Origin: an uncultured Gemmataceae bacterium
Lineage (GTDB): Bacteria > Planctomycetota > Planctomycetia > Gemmatales > Gemmataceae
DNA: 64,000 nt
Assembly (NCBI GenBank): GCA_963750165.1
Contig: CAVVPN010000001.1
Span: forward strand, 384,001-448,000
Direction of reading: 5' to 3'
The notes beneath the pieces are model-generated. The model was not told where the DNA came from. It searched no databases and saw nothing but the letters and a program-made list of their open reading frames with translations. Shown here in pieces: positions 9,818 to 17,586 of the stretch. The position numbers and the translations under genes are program-made. Position 1 is the stretch's first letter, and every line of letters starts with the position of its first letter.

Positions 9818-11011
9818 ATGATGATCCCGATCTCCCGGATGGCCGCTGCCGTGCAGCCCTCCGCCACCCTGGCCGCGGGCGCCAAGGCCCGCCAGCTGAA
9901 GGCCGAGGGCGTCAAGGTTTACGACTTCAGCCTGGGCGAGCCGGACTTCAAGACGCCCGAGCACATCTGCCGCGCCGCCTACCAGGCCATGCAGGACGGC
10001 CACACGCACTACACGCCGGCCACCGGCATCCCCGAGTTGCGCAGCGCCATCGCCCGCCGCTATCAGAAGACGCACGGCCTGGCCGTCACGCCCGAGCAGG
10101 TCATCGTTTCCAACGGCGCCAAGCACTCGCTGCACAACGCCCTGGCGGCCCTGGTCGGCCCCGGCGACGAGGTCATCATCCCGACGCCCTACTGGGTCAG
10201 CTACAGCGACCTGGTGCAGATGACCGGCGCCGCCTACGTGCTGGTGCCGACCACTCACGAGAGCGGTTTCAAGATGACGCCGGCGCAGATCCACGCCGCG
10301 CTGACGCCGCGCAGCCGTCTGGTCATGCTCAACTCGCCGGCCAACCCGACCGGCACTGTCTACACGCGCCAGGAACTGGAAGCCCTGGCCGACGTGATCC
10401 TCGACAGTCCGCTGGCGGTGCTCAGCGACGAGATTTACGAGCGGCTGGTGTTCGGCAGCGCTCGCTCGACGTGCTTTGTGACACTGAGGCCGGGGCTGGC
10501 GGAGCGAACCGTCACCATCAGCGGCGTCAGCAAGAGTTACGCCATGACGGGCTGGCGCATCGGCTGGTCGGTGGGGCCGCTGCACGTCATCAAGGCGATG
10601 GGCAACGTGCAGAGTCAGGAGACGAGCAACCCGTGCAGCGTCAGCCAGTACGCGGCGCTGGCGGCGCTGGAGGGCGATCAGGACTGCGTGGAGCGGATGC
10701 GCCGCGAGTTCGAGGCGCGGCGCGACCTGGTGTGCCGGCGGTTGGCGGCGATGCCGGGCGTGCGCTGCCCGCTGCCGGAAGGCGCCTTCTACGCCTTCTT
10801 CAACGTGGCGGCGCACTTCGGGCAGACGCTCGGCGGCAAGAAGGTGACCGATTCGGCGAGCTTCTGCGCCGCGGCCCTGGAGAGCGCCCACGTCAACCTC
10901 GTGCCCGGAGCCGCGTTCGGCGCCGAGGGCTACGTGCGCCTGTCGTTCGCCGCCAGCCGTGAGACGCTCACCGCGGGGCTGGATCGGCTTGAGCAGTTTT
11001 TGAATACGTGA
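9818..11011 (+). CDS. PLP-dependent class I/II aminotransferase (aspartate aminotransferase-like)
   Basis: GEPDF, NSPANPTG, SDEIY and SKSYAMTGWRIG motifs. Confidence 0.93.
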   Translation: MMIPISRMAAAVQPSATLAAGAKARQLKAEGVKVYDFSLGEPDFKTPEHICRAAYQAMQDGHTHYTPATGIPELRSAIARRYQKTHGLAVTPEQVIVSNGAKHSLHNALAALVGPGDEVIIPTPYWVSYSDLVQMTGAAYVLVPTTHESGFKMTPAQIHAALTPRSRLVMLNSPANPTGTVYTRQELEALADVILDSPLAVLSDEIYERLVFGSARSTCFVTLRPGLAERTVTISGVSKSYAMTGWRIGWSVGPLHVIKAMGNVQSQETSNPCSVSQYAALAALEGDQDCVERMRREFEARRDLVCRRLAAMPGVRCPLPEGAFYAFFNVAAHFGQTLGGKKVTDSASFCAAALESAHVNLVPGAAFGAEGYVRLSFAASRETLTAGLDRLEQFLNT

Positions 11012-11107
11012 GAAGTCAAAGGTCAGAAGTCAGGAAGAGCGCTAAGCCGCAAGCGGCAGAAAAGCCAATCTGACCTCTGGCCTCTGACTTCTGACCTCTG
11101 ACTTCTG
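11012..11107. repeat. Heptamer-based intergenic inverted repeat (AGAAGTC/AGAGGTC vs TGACCTC/TGACTTC)
   Basis: Tandem 7-mers on each arm in opposite orientation. Confidence 0.65.
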
Positions 11108-11120
11108 CGGAGGGGACGAT

Positions 11121-12077
11121 ATGGGCCTGCTGCTCCTGACCGAAGACGACGTCCGCCAGCTGCTGACCATGGACATGGCCCTGGAGGCGGTCGAGGAAGG
11201 GCTGCGCCGGCTGGCGCTGGACGAGGCGGCCAACATCCCGCGGGCCCGGTGCCAGACCGATCACGTCATGCTGCACACCCTGTCCGCGGCGGCCAAGACG
11301 CTCGGCGTCGCCGGCCTCAAGGCATACACCACTGGCCGCAAGGGCGCCTTTTTTTTGGTCACGCTCTTCGACGGCAAGACTGGCGTGCCGCTGGCGCTGC
11401 TCCAGGCGGACTACCTCGGCCAGGTGCGCACCGGGGCGGCCAGTGGCGTCGCCACGCAGTACATGGCCCGGCCCGACGCCTCCGAGGTTGGCCTGTTCGG
11501 CACCGGCAAACAGGCACGCACGCAGCTCCAGGCCGTCTGTCGGGTGCGCAAAATTCGCCGCGTGCAGGTCTACAGCCCCAACGAGGAGCACCGCCGCCAC
11601 TTCGCCCACGAAATGTCGGCTGTCGTCGGTTGCGAGGTGGCGCCGGTGCCGCGGCCCGAGCTGGCCGCCCAGGACAAGGACATCGTCATCACCGCCACCA
11701 ACAGTCGCGAGCCCGTCCTCAACGGCCACTGGCTCGCCGAGGGCACGCACCTGAACGTGGTCGGATCCAACTTCATCACCAAGGCCGAGGTGGACGCCGT
11801 CGCCGTGCGCCGTTGCAACTCGATTGTCGTCGATAGCAAGGACCAGGCCCGGTTGGAGGCCGGCGATTTCGTGCAGGCCCAGGAGGACGGCTCCATCAGC
11901 TGGTCGGACATTCACGAACTGGGGCAAGTCATCGTCGGCCGCTACACCGGCCGGGCCCACCCCGAGGATGTGACATTGTTCAAGTCGCTGGGCATCGCCA
12001 TCGAGGACGTGGCCGTCGCCGCCCGTGTTTACGCCCGGGCGCAGGCCGCGGGCATCGGCCGCGTTATCGAGTGGTAG
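11121..12077 (+). CDS. Ornithine cyclodeaminase / mu-crystallin family protein
   Basis: RTGAASGVAT, GTGKQA and TLFKSLGIAIEDVAVA motifs. Confidence 0.92.
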   Translation: MGLLLLTEDDVRQLLTMDMALEAVEEGLRRLALDEAANIPRARCQTDHVMLHTLSAAAKTLGVAGLKAYTTGRKGAFFLVTLFDGKTGVPLALLQADYLGQVRTGAASGVATQYMARPDASEVGLFGTGKQARTQLQAVCRVRKIRRVQVYSPNEEHRRHFAHEMSAVVGCEVAPVPRPELAAQDKDIVITATNSREPVLNGHWLAEGTHLNVVGSNFITKAEVDAVAVRRCNSIVVDSKDQARLEAGDFVQAQEDGSISWSDIHELGQVIVGRYTGRAHPEDVTLFKSLGIAIEDVAVAARVYARAQAAGIGRVIEW

Positions 12078-12081
12078 GTCG

Positions 12082-12134
12082 GAGCCCGAGCGCCAGCGCG
12101 GGGCAAACTTGGCCCCGCGCTGGCGCTCGGGCTC
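12082..12134. repeat. REP-like palindrome / bidirectional terminator between convergent genes
   Basis: GAGCCCGAGCGCCAGCGCGGGGCAAACTTGGCCCCGCGCTGGCGCTCGGGCTC. Confidence 0.8.
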
Positions 12135-12150
12135 GGACACGGCAGCGCCG

Positions 12151-13602
12151 TCATTTGCCGAGGGTGGCGAACAGTTCCATCAATTTGCGGTTGAGTTGCT
12201 TGAGCGTCACCGGCCGCACCAGGACCGCGATGGCGCCGCGGGCCTCGACCTTTTCCACCCAGCCCGCCTGGCTCTCCGACAAAATCAGAATGCCGGCGCA
12301 GGGGTGCTGCAGCCGCTTGGCCTCGGCCACAATGCGGTCGAACATGAACATGCCGTCCTGGCCCGTCGTGCCCGCGTCGATGATGAGCGCGTCATACGGC
12401 TGCTGGCGGAAGCGGTCGAGGGCCCGCATCGGGTCGGCGGCCAGGAAGACGCGGTAGCCCAACTCCTTGAACTTCTCGCGCAGCGCGTGCTGCAAGCGAT
12501 CATCGCTCTCGGCAATGAACAGCGACCGCACCACCGGGCCGGCGTCGGCCTTGCTCTTGCCCTCCAGGTCGCGGCGCACGTCGCGGATGGCCTCCAGCAA
12601 CTGCGAGGGTGTCTGATAGCGCTCCTGGGGGTTGAGCGCCATCATCGTCTCGACCAGGTGGAACACGCTGGGCGGCCCCTTGACCTCATCCTTGCCAATC
12701 GGCTTGACGTTGCGGAAGCGCTCGCGGTTCATGCGGGAGCGGGCGTCCCTGGTCGCCTCCAGCGGCGGCCGGCCGGTCAGCAGTTCGTACAGCACGCAGC
12801 CGAGGAAGTAAATGTCGCTGCGGATGTCGCCCGGGATGACGCCGGTCGCCTTCTCCAGGCCGGCGTAATCGACGGTGCGATCAACGTGCAGCGGGTCTTC
12901 GGTGTCCCTGGCCGAGAGGGCCGCGGGCTTCGGATTGTGTTCGCCGGCCAGGCCGAAGTCCACCAGCTTGGCGGTGCCCTGGCTGGAGATCAGCACGTTG
13001 GTCAACTTCATGTCGCGGTGCGAGACGCCTTTCGAGTAGGCGTGCGCCAGGCCGGCGATGGCGTCCTCCAGGATGCGCAGCGCCTCGGCGGGTTCCAGCT
13101 TCTTGCGGATGGCCAGGAAGTCGCGGAGGTTGCCGCCCTCGACGAACTCCATCACGATGTAATGCTGCTTGCCGACGGGATCGCGGTGGACGGCGAGGAT
13201 CTCGACGATGTTCGGGTGGCGCAGGGTCATCCCCATTTTGCCCTCGCGCTCGAACAGTTCGATGTTGTGTTTGTCGTCGCTCCACTTGCGGCGCAGCACC
13301 TTGAGTGCCACGACGGTGCCGGTGCGCGGGTCGTCGGCACGGTAGACGCGGCCGAAACTGCCCGAGGCGATCTTGTACAGCAGCCGATAGCCGCCGAGCA
13401 CGTAACCGTCGGTGTCCCCCTTGAGGAGCTTGCCGGTCTGGAACGGGGTCAGGATGTTGCGCCGCTCCATGACGCGCAGCCACGGTTCGGGCTCGCCGCC
13501 GCGCTGCCCGAGTTCCGCCCAGCCCTCCTCGGCCTGGTCCGGCGTGATCAGCCCCAGTTTGACCGCGAACTGGGCCAGTTTAGCTGCGTCAGCCGTCGCC
13601 AT
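12151..13602 (-). CDS. Hanks-type Ser/Thr kinase with C-terminal receiver-like domain
   Basis: GSFGRVY, VALK, HRDMKLTN, DFG and SDIY; C-terminal LFIAESD..GYRV..YDALIID..LVRP. Confidence 0.92.
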   Translation of the reverse strand: MATADAAKLAQFAVKLGLITPDQAEEGWAELGQRGGEPEPWLRVMERRNILTPFQTGKLLKGDTDGYVLGGYRLLYKIASGSFGRVYRADDPRTGTVVALKVLRRKWSDDKHNIELFEREGKMGMTLRHPNIVEILAVHRDPVGKQHYIVMEFVEGGNLRDFLAIRKKLEPAEALRILEDAIAGLAHAYSKGVSHRDMKLTNVLISSQGTAKLVDFGLAGEHNPKPAALSARDTEDPLHVDRTVDYAGLEKATGVIPGDIRSDIYFLGCVLYELLTGRPPLEATRDARSRMNRERFRNVKPIGKDEVKGPPSVFHLVETMMALNPQERYQTPSQLLEAIRDVRRDLEGKSKADAGPVVRSLFIAESDDRLQHALREKFKELGYRVFLAADPMRALDRFRQQPYDALIIDAGTTGQDGMFMFDRIVAEAKRLQHPCAGILILSESQAGWVEKVEARGAIAVLVRPVTLKQLNRKLMELFATLGK

Positions 13603-13789
13603 GGATTCTCACCGTCCGGAAGCAGCCCGCAGAAACCATTCGCCAACACCCTTGTCCCATTTTACCTAACCAGGGCGCCGTGCCAAGCGAAACTCTGCGC
13701 TGCGCCGACAGGTGAGTGACGCCGCTTACCCCCGAGCGGGTCCTGGCCGGGCGCGGCGGCGCGGCATACAACCGCGGTGTTGAGGGAAA

Positions 13790-14037
13790 CGGTGTCAGGG
13801 AGAACTAGCTTGGTGCTCTGCACCGTGGGCGATGTTGCGTCGCCCGAGCGGTTTGTTTGCGATTCGTCTCAGGGAAGGCTGTTTCAGGCTCGCCGTGGCC
13901 GTCGGGTTCGACTCGGGCGACGTCGGCCTGGGACAACCCCGCGGCCCGTGGTTCCGACATCGCCCGAGTCGAACCCGACGGCCGCGAGCCCGTGAGCCTT
14001 CCGTGACCCAAGCGGAGAAGTAGGTCTCCCGACACCG
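13790..14037 (+). ncRNA. Retron-type msr-msd ncRNA, unit 1
   Basis: a1/a2 inverted repeat 13790-13807 / 14021-14037; TAGC with putative branch G13808; hairpins GGTGC-TCT-GCACC and GGGCGATG-TTG-CGTCGCCC; long msd hairpin with a 30-bp stem 13897-13926 / 13954-13983. Confidence 0.8.
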
Positions 14038-14310
14038 CAGCGCGGACGGCCCGCGGCGGAGAACTAGCCCGGTGCCCTGCACCACGGGCGGCGTTGCGCC
14101 GCCCAGGCCGTTTGTCAATCGTTCGTCTCAGGGAAGGCTGTTTCAGGCTCGCTGTTCGGGTTACCCGATGAGGTAATTCTCATCAGCCTGGAACAACCGC
14201 GCGGCTCGCGGTTCTGATGAGAATTACCTCATCGGGTAACCCGGCGAGCCCGTGAGCCTTCCGTGACCCAGGCGGAGAAGTAGTTTGATGCCGTTGGGTC
14301 GTCCGCGCTG
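14038..14310 (+). ncRNA. Retron-type msr-msd ncRNA, unit 2
   Basis: a1/a2 inverted repeat 14038-14066 / 14281-14310; TAGC with putative branch G14067; hairpins GGTGC-CCT-GCACC and GGGCGGCG-TTG-CGCCGCCC; perfect 30-bp stem 14157-14186 / 14214-14243; followed by T6. Confidence 0.8.
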
Positions 14311-14488
14311 TTTTTTCCACAGTCCTTCCTTGACCGCCACCCACCCCGGCCGCCCAGCAACGAGAGCCCCGTTTACATTCCGCGCGGACTCAGCGCGCGC
14401 GAAACGGAGTGCTTGTTGACCGAGGGCGCGCGGCAGGGTCATCGGGTAGAATGGCCGCAGCGGTTTTCGTTGGCACGAGGAGCGAATC

Positions 14489-14782
14489 ATGAATACGTCG
14501 GTAACTGTGCAGGGGACACTGAAGCCCGATGGGACGCTGGAGCTGGATACCCGGCCAGAACTGCCGCCGGGCCGGGTCAGGGTCGTACTGCAACCACTGC
14601 CCGCCTCAGCAACAGCGCAGGAAGACTGGTGGCAGTACCTGCAGCGCGTGCGGGCCGAACGAGAAGCCGCCGGCTACCCTTTCATGAACGAGGCCGAAAT
14701 GGCAGCACATCTTCAGTGGCTGCGGGAGGATGACGACCGCATTGAGCGCATCTACCGGGAAATGGGGCAGGAGCAGTCCTGA
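14489..14782 (+). CDS. Putative antitoxin partner of the PIN toxin
   Basis: 97 aa ORF with GAGGAG RBS; stop overlaps the start of the PIN gene (TGATG). Confidence 0.7.
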   Translation: MNTSVTVQGTLKPDGTLELDTRPELPPGRVRVVLQPLPASATAQEDWWQYLQRVRAEREAAGYPFMNEAEMAAHLQWLREDDDRIERIYREMGQEQS

Positions 14783-15184
14783 TGCGCGTTTACTGCGATA
14801 GCGTCATCTTGATCTACTACCTGGAAGGAACGCCGCCGTTCAAGGCCCGGGCAGCGGCCCGGTTGGCGGCCTTGTGGGCCGCCGGAGACACGGTGGCGGT
14901 CAGCGACCTGGTCCGGTTGGAGTGCCGGATGCAGCCGATCCGATTCGGAAATACTTCTGCCCTCGCCGACTACGACTTGCTATTCGCCCAGCCCAATGTC
15001 GAGTGCGTACCCATCACGACGGCCGTTTTCGACCGCGCCACGTTGATCCGGGCCGCCCTCAATTTCAAGCTTGGCCGACTCCCTCCACCTGGCGGCCGCC
15101 GTCGAGTCCGGCTGCGACCGCTTCCTGACGAACGACACGCGGCTGTCCCGATTCTCCGACATCGCGGTGGAAGTGCTGCCGTAA
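14782..15184 (+). CDS. vapC: PIN-domain (VapC-like) toxin (frameshift near 15075)
   Basis: RVYCDSVILIY and LECR in the first frame; ADSLHLAAAVESGCDRFLTNDTRL in the shifted frame, ending TAA at 15184. Confidence 0.85.
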
Positions 15185-15322
15185 ACAATCGGCGGCCTCT
15201 GGCCTTTCTCCTTGACCCTGCCACCCGCGGCGGTGACAATCCACCCAGCTACCGGGGTGGTTCGCGACGGGGCAATCGCCTCGGCTCCTGGTGGCCCTGT
15301 CCATCTCGAAGGAGCCCTGTCA

Positions 15323-16072
15323 ATGACCAGGACGACAGCAACCGTGCTGGCGGCGATCTTTCTGGCCGTCGTGGCGACGAGCCTGCGGGCGCAGCAGACC
15401 GACAAGGAAAAGGAACTCGCCAAACAAAAAGCGGCGGCGGACAAGGCCCGGGAAGCCGACGCCCGCGCCCAGAACTTCAGCAACCTCAAACAAATCGGCA
15501 TCGCCGTCCACGAATTCTACGACAAGCAACAGACCCTGCCGCGGCACGCCATCTACAGCAAGGACGGCAAGACGCCACTGCTCAGCTGGCGCGTGGCCCT
15601 GCTGCCCTACCTTGACGAGAAGGCGCTGTTCAAGGATTTCAAACTCGATGAGCCGTGGAACAGCCCGCACAACCGCCGGCTCATCGCCAAAATGCCGAAG
15701 GTGTATGCGCCCGTGGTTTCGGGCAAAGCCGGCGCGGGCAAAACCTTTTACCAGGTCATCACCGGCCCCGACACGCTCTTCGACGGCACCAAAAAAATGA
15801 AGCTAACGGACATCCGCGACGGCACCTCGAACACCATCCTGGCGATTGAGGGCAAGAACGCCGTCACCTGGACCGCCCCGGAGGATGTGCCGCTGCCGCG
15901 GGGCAAGGGTCGGCTGCCGGCCATCGGCGGGCAGTTCAAGGATAGCATCGCCGTCCTGTTCGGCGACGGCTCCGTCCACACCATTCGCCCTGATCCGCCG
16001 GTCGAGGTGCTGCGTGCGGTGATCTCGCCCGCGGGCGGTGAGGTGGTGGATCCGCAAAAGCTGGAGCGGTGA
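15323..16072 (+). CDS. Secreted DUF1559-domain protein
   Basis: Signal peptide; SNLKQIGIAVH, LLSWRVALLPY, DEPWNSPHN, DGTSNTI and FGDGSV. Confidence 0.88.
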   Translation: MTRTTATVLAAIFLAVVATSLRAQQTDKEKELAKQKAAADKAREADARAQNFSNLKQIGIAVHEFYDKQQTLPRHAIYSKDGKTPLLSWRVALLPYLDEKALFKDFKLDEPWNSPHNRRLIAKMPKVYAPVVSGKAGAGKTFYQVITGPDTLFDGTKKMKLTDIRDGTSNTILAIEGKNAVTWTAPEDVPLPRGKGRLPAIGGQFKDSIAVLFGDGSVHTIRPDPPVEVLRAVISPAGGEVVDPQKLER

Positions 16073-16110
16073 CCGTGGCGAAACCAAGAACCAGTGGCGG
16101 AAAGAACAGT

Positions 16111-16399
16111 CTTCGTTCGCAGTACCGCCTTTAGAGCGAGCGGTTCACGCACGGTTTGCGCACAAGTGGCGGCGGGCACGGGCTGACCTCCAGCGGCCTG
16201 CGCTGCCACAGCAAGGGGGCCAAGGGAGCCAAGGGGGCCAACTTTTTCACACGTCGAGATTCGAGCCTGGGAGCGGCTCGCGCAGTTTGCAGGACGGCTC
16301 GGGAGCACTGGCCTGCCGTTCGTGGGCCACACAACTGCGAACCGCGCTAGGCGGAATCGGACACGCAGATTCCGCCTAAAGGCGGTACTACGAACGAAG
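16111..16399. repeat. REP doublet interrupted by a roughly 216-bp MITE-like insert (16135..16350, TAG duplicated)
   Basis: CTTCGTTCGCAGTACCGCCTTTAG | insert | GCGGAATC..GATTCCGCCTAAAGGCGGTACTACGAACGAAG; removing the insert restores the palindrome. Confidence 0.7.
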
Positions 16400-16464
16400 C
16401 ACTCAGAGGACGCTCGCTTTCCGCCACAACTTGTAACGACCTGTCGAAATCAAAGGAGCCATTC

Positions 16465-17580
16465 ATGACCCGACGAAAGACCGAGGCGGTGGGGGTTCTC
16501 CTGGCCGCCCTGGGGCTGGCCCTGGTGGGCCAACACGCCCTGCAGGCGCAGCAGAAGACCGACAAGGATTCCCTCGTCGGCACCTGGAAGATCGTCAAAG
16601 CCAAGGCGGCGGGCAAGGACTTGCCCGAAGAATTCACCGTGCTGTCCCGGCTGACCTTCTCCAGGGACGGCAAGCTGATTTTCACGATGCTCGACAAGAA
16701 CATGGAGAGCAAGTATGCGTGGCTCAAGGCGGGGCAGCTCGACCTGGCCCTGGGCACCGTGGACCCCAGCCCGGCCATCTACAAGTTCGATGGTGACAAT
16801 CGCCTGACCATCTGCGCCGGCCCGCCCAGGGGCACCCGACCCACGGAATACACCGCAGAGAAGGGCAGCGAACAGCTCCTGCTCGTGCTGGAACGTGCCA
16901 AGCCCGGCCAGGAAAAGCCGTCGCCCCAGGACATCGCCAAGTACAAGGACAAAATCCAGAACGCGGCGGCACGTGCGATGCACACCAACAACTTCAAGCA
17001 GATCGGCATCGCCATGCACAACTACTACGGCGTGTACAAGCACCTGCCGCTGCACGCGATCTACAGCAAGGACGGCAAGACGCCGCTGCTCAGCTGGCGC
17101 GTCGCCATCCTGCCGTTCATCGAGCAGGAAGACCTGTACAGGGAGTTCAAACTCGACGAACCGTGGGACAGCGCGCACAACAAAAAGCTCATCGCCAAGA
17201 TGCCGAAGATTTACGCGGTGCCGGGCAAGGGTAAGCCCGAGGATGGTAAGACCCATTACCAGGTCTTCACCGGCCCCGGCACCGTCTTCGATGGCAACAA
17301 GAAAAGGCAGTTCCAGGACATCACCGACGGCACCTCGAACACCATCCTGGCCATTGAGGGCAAGAACGCCGTCGTCTGGACCAAACCCGAGGACCTGACG
17401 CTGCCCAAGGACAAGAACCAGTTGCCGGCCGTGGGCGGGCTCTTCAAGGGCGGCATCGTCGTGCTGTTCTGCGACGCCTCGGTACACACGTTCCGCCCCA
17501 ACCCGCCGGCGGACCTGCTGCGCACGTTGATCACGCGCGCTGGCAATGAGGTGGTCGATCTGGAAAAGCTGGAGCAGTGA
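16465..17580 (+). CDS. Secreted TIGR03067-like + DUF1559 domain protein; paralog of 15323..16072
   Basis: LVGTWKIV..AIYKFDGD..LTIC..RPTEY N-terminal domain followed by DUF1559 motifs. Confidence 0.85.
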   Translation: MTRRKTEAVGVLLAALGLALVGQHALQAQQKTDKDSLVGTWKIVKAKAAGKDLPEEFTVLSRLTFSRDGKLIFTMLDKNMESKYAWLKAGQLDLALGTVDPSPAIYKFDGDNRLTICAGPPRGTRPTEYTAEKGSEQLLLVLERAKPGQEKPSPQDIAKYKDKIQNAAARAMHTNNFKQIGIAMHNYYGVYKHLPLHAIYSKDGKTPLLSWRVAILPFIEQEDLYREFKLDEPWDSAHNKKLIAKMPKIYAVPGKGKPEDGKTHYQVFTGPGTVFDGNKKRQFQDITDGTSNTILAIEGKNAVVWTKPEDLTLPKDKNQLPAVGGLFKGGIVVLFCDASVHTFRPNPPADLLRTLITRAGNEVVDLEKLEQ

Positions 17581-17586
17581 GGTGGC

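Noticed and set aside
14214..14222. CTGATGAG hammerhead-like core in unit 2
   Set aside because: It is part of the variable stem, absent from unit 1, and lacks a correctly placed stem II-GAAA.
13790..14310. CRISPR array, 6S RNA or simple MITE interpretation
   Set aside because: Only two units of about 250-270 nt, variable parts are self-complementary, no cas genes and no TSD; the terminal repeats differ between units while the interior is conserved, the opposite of a MITE.
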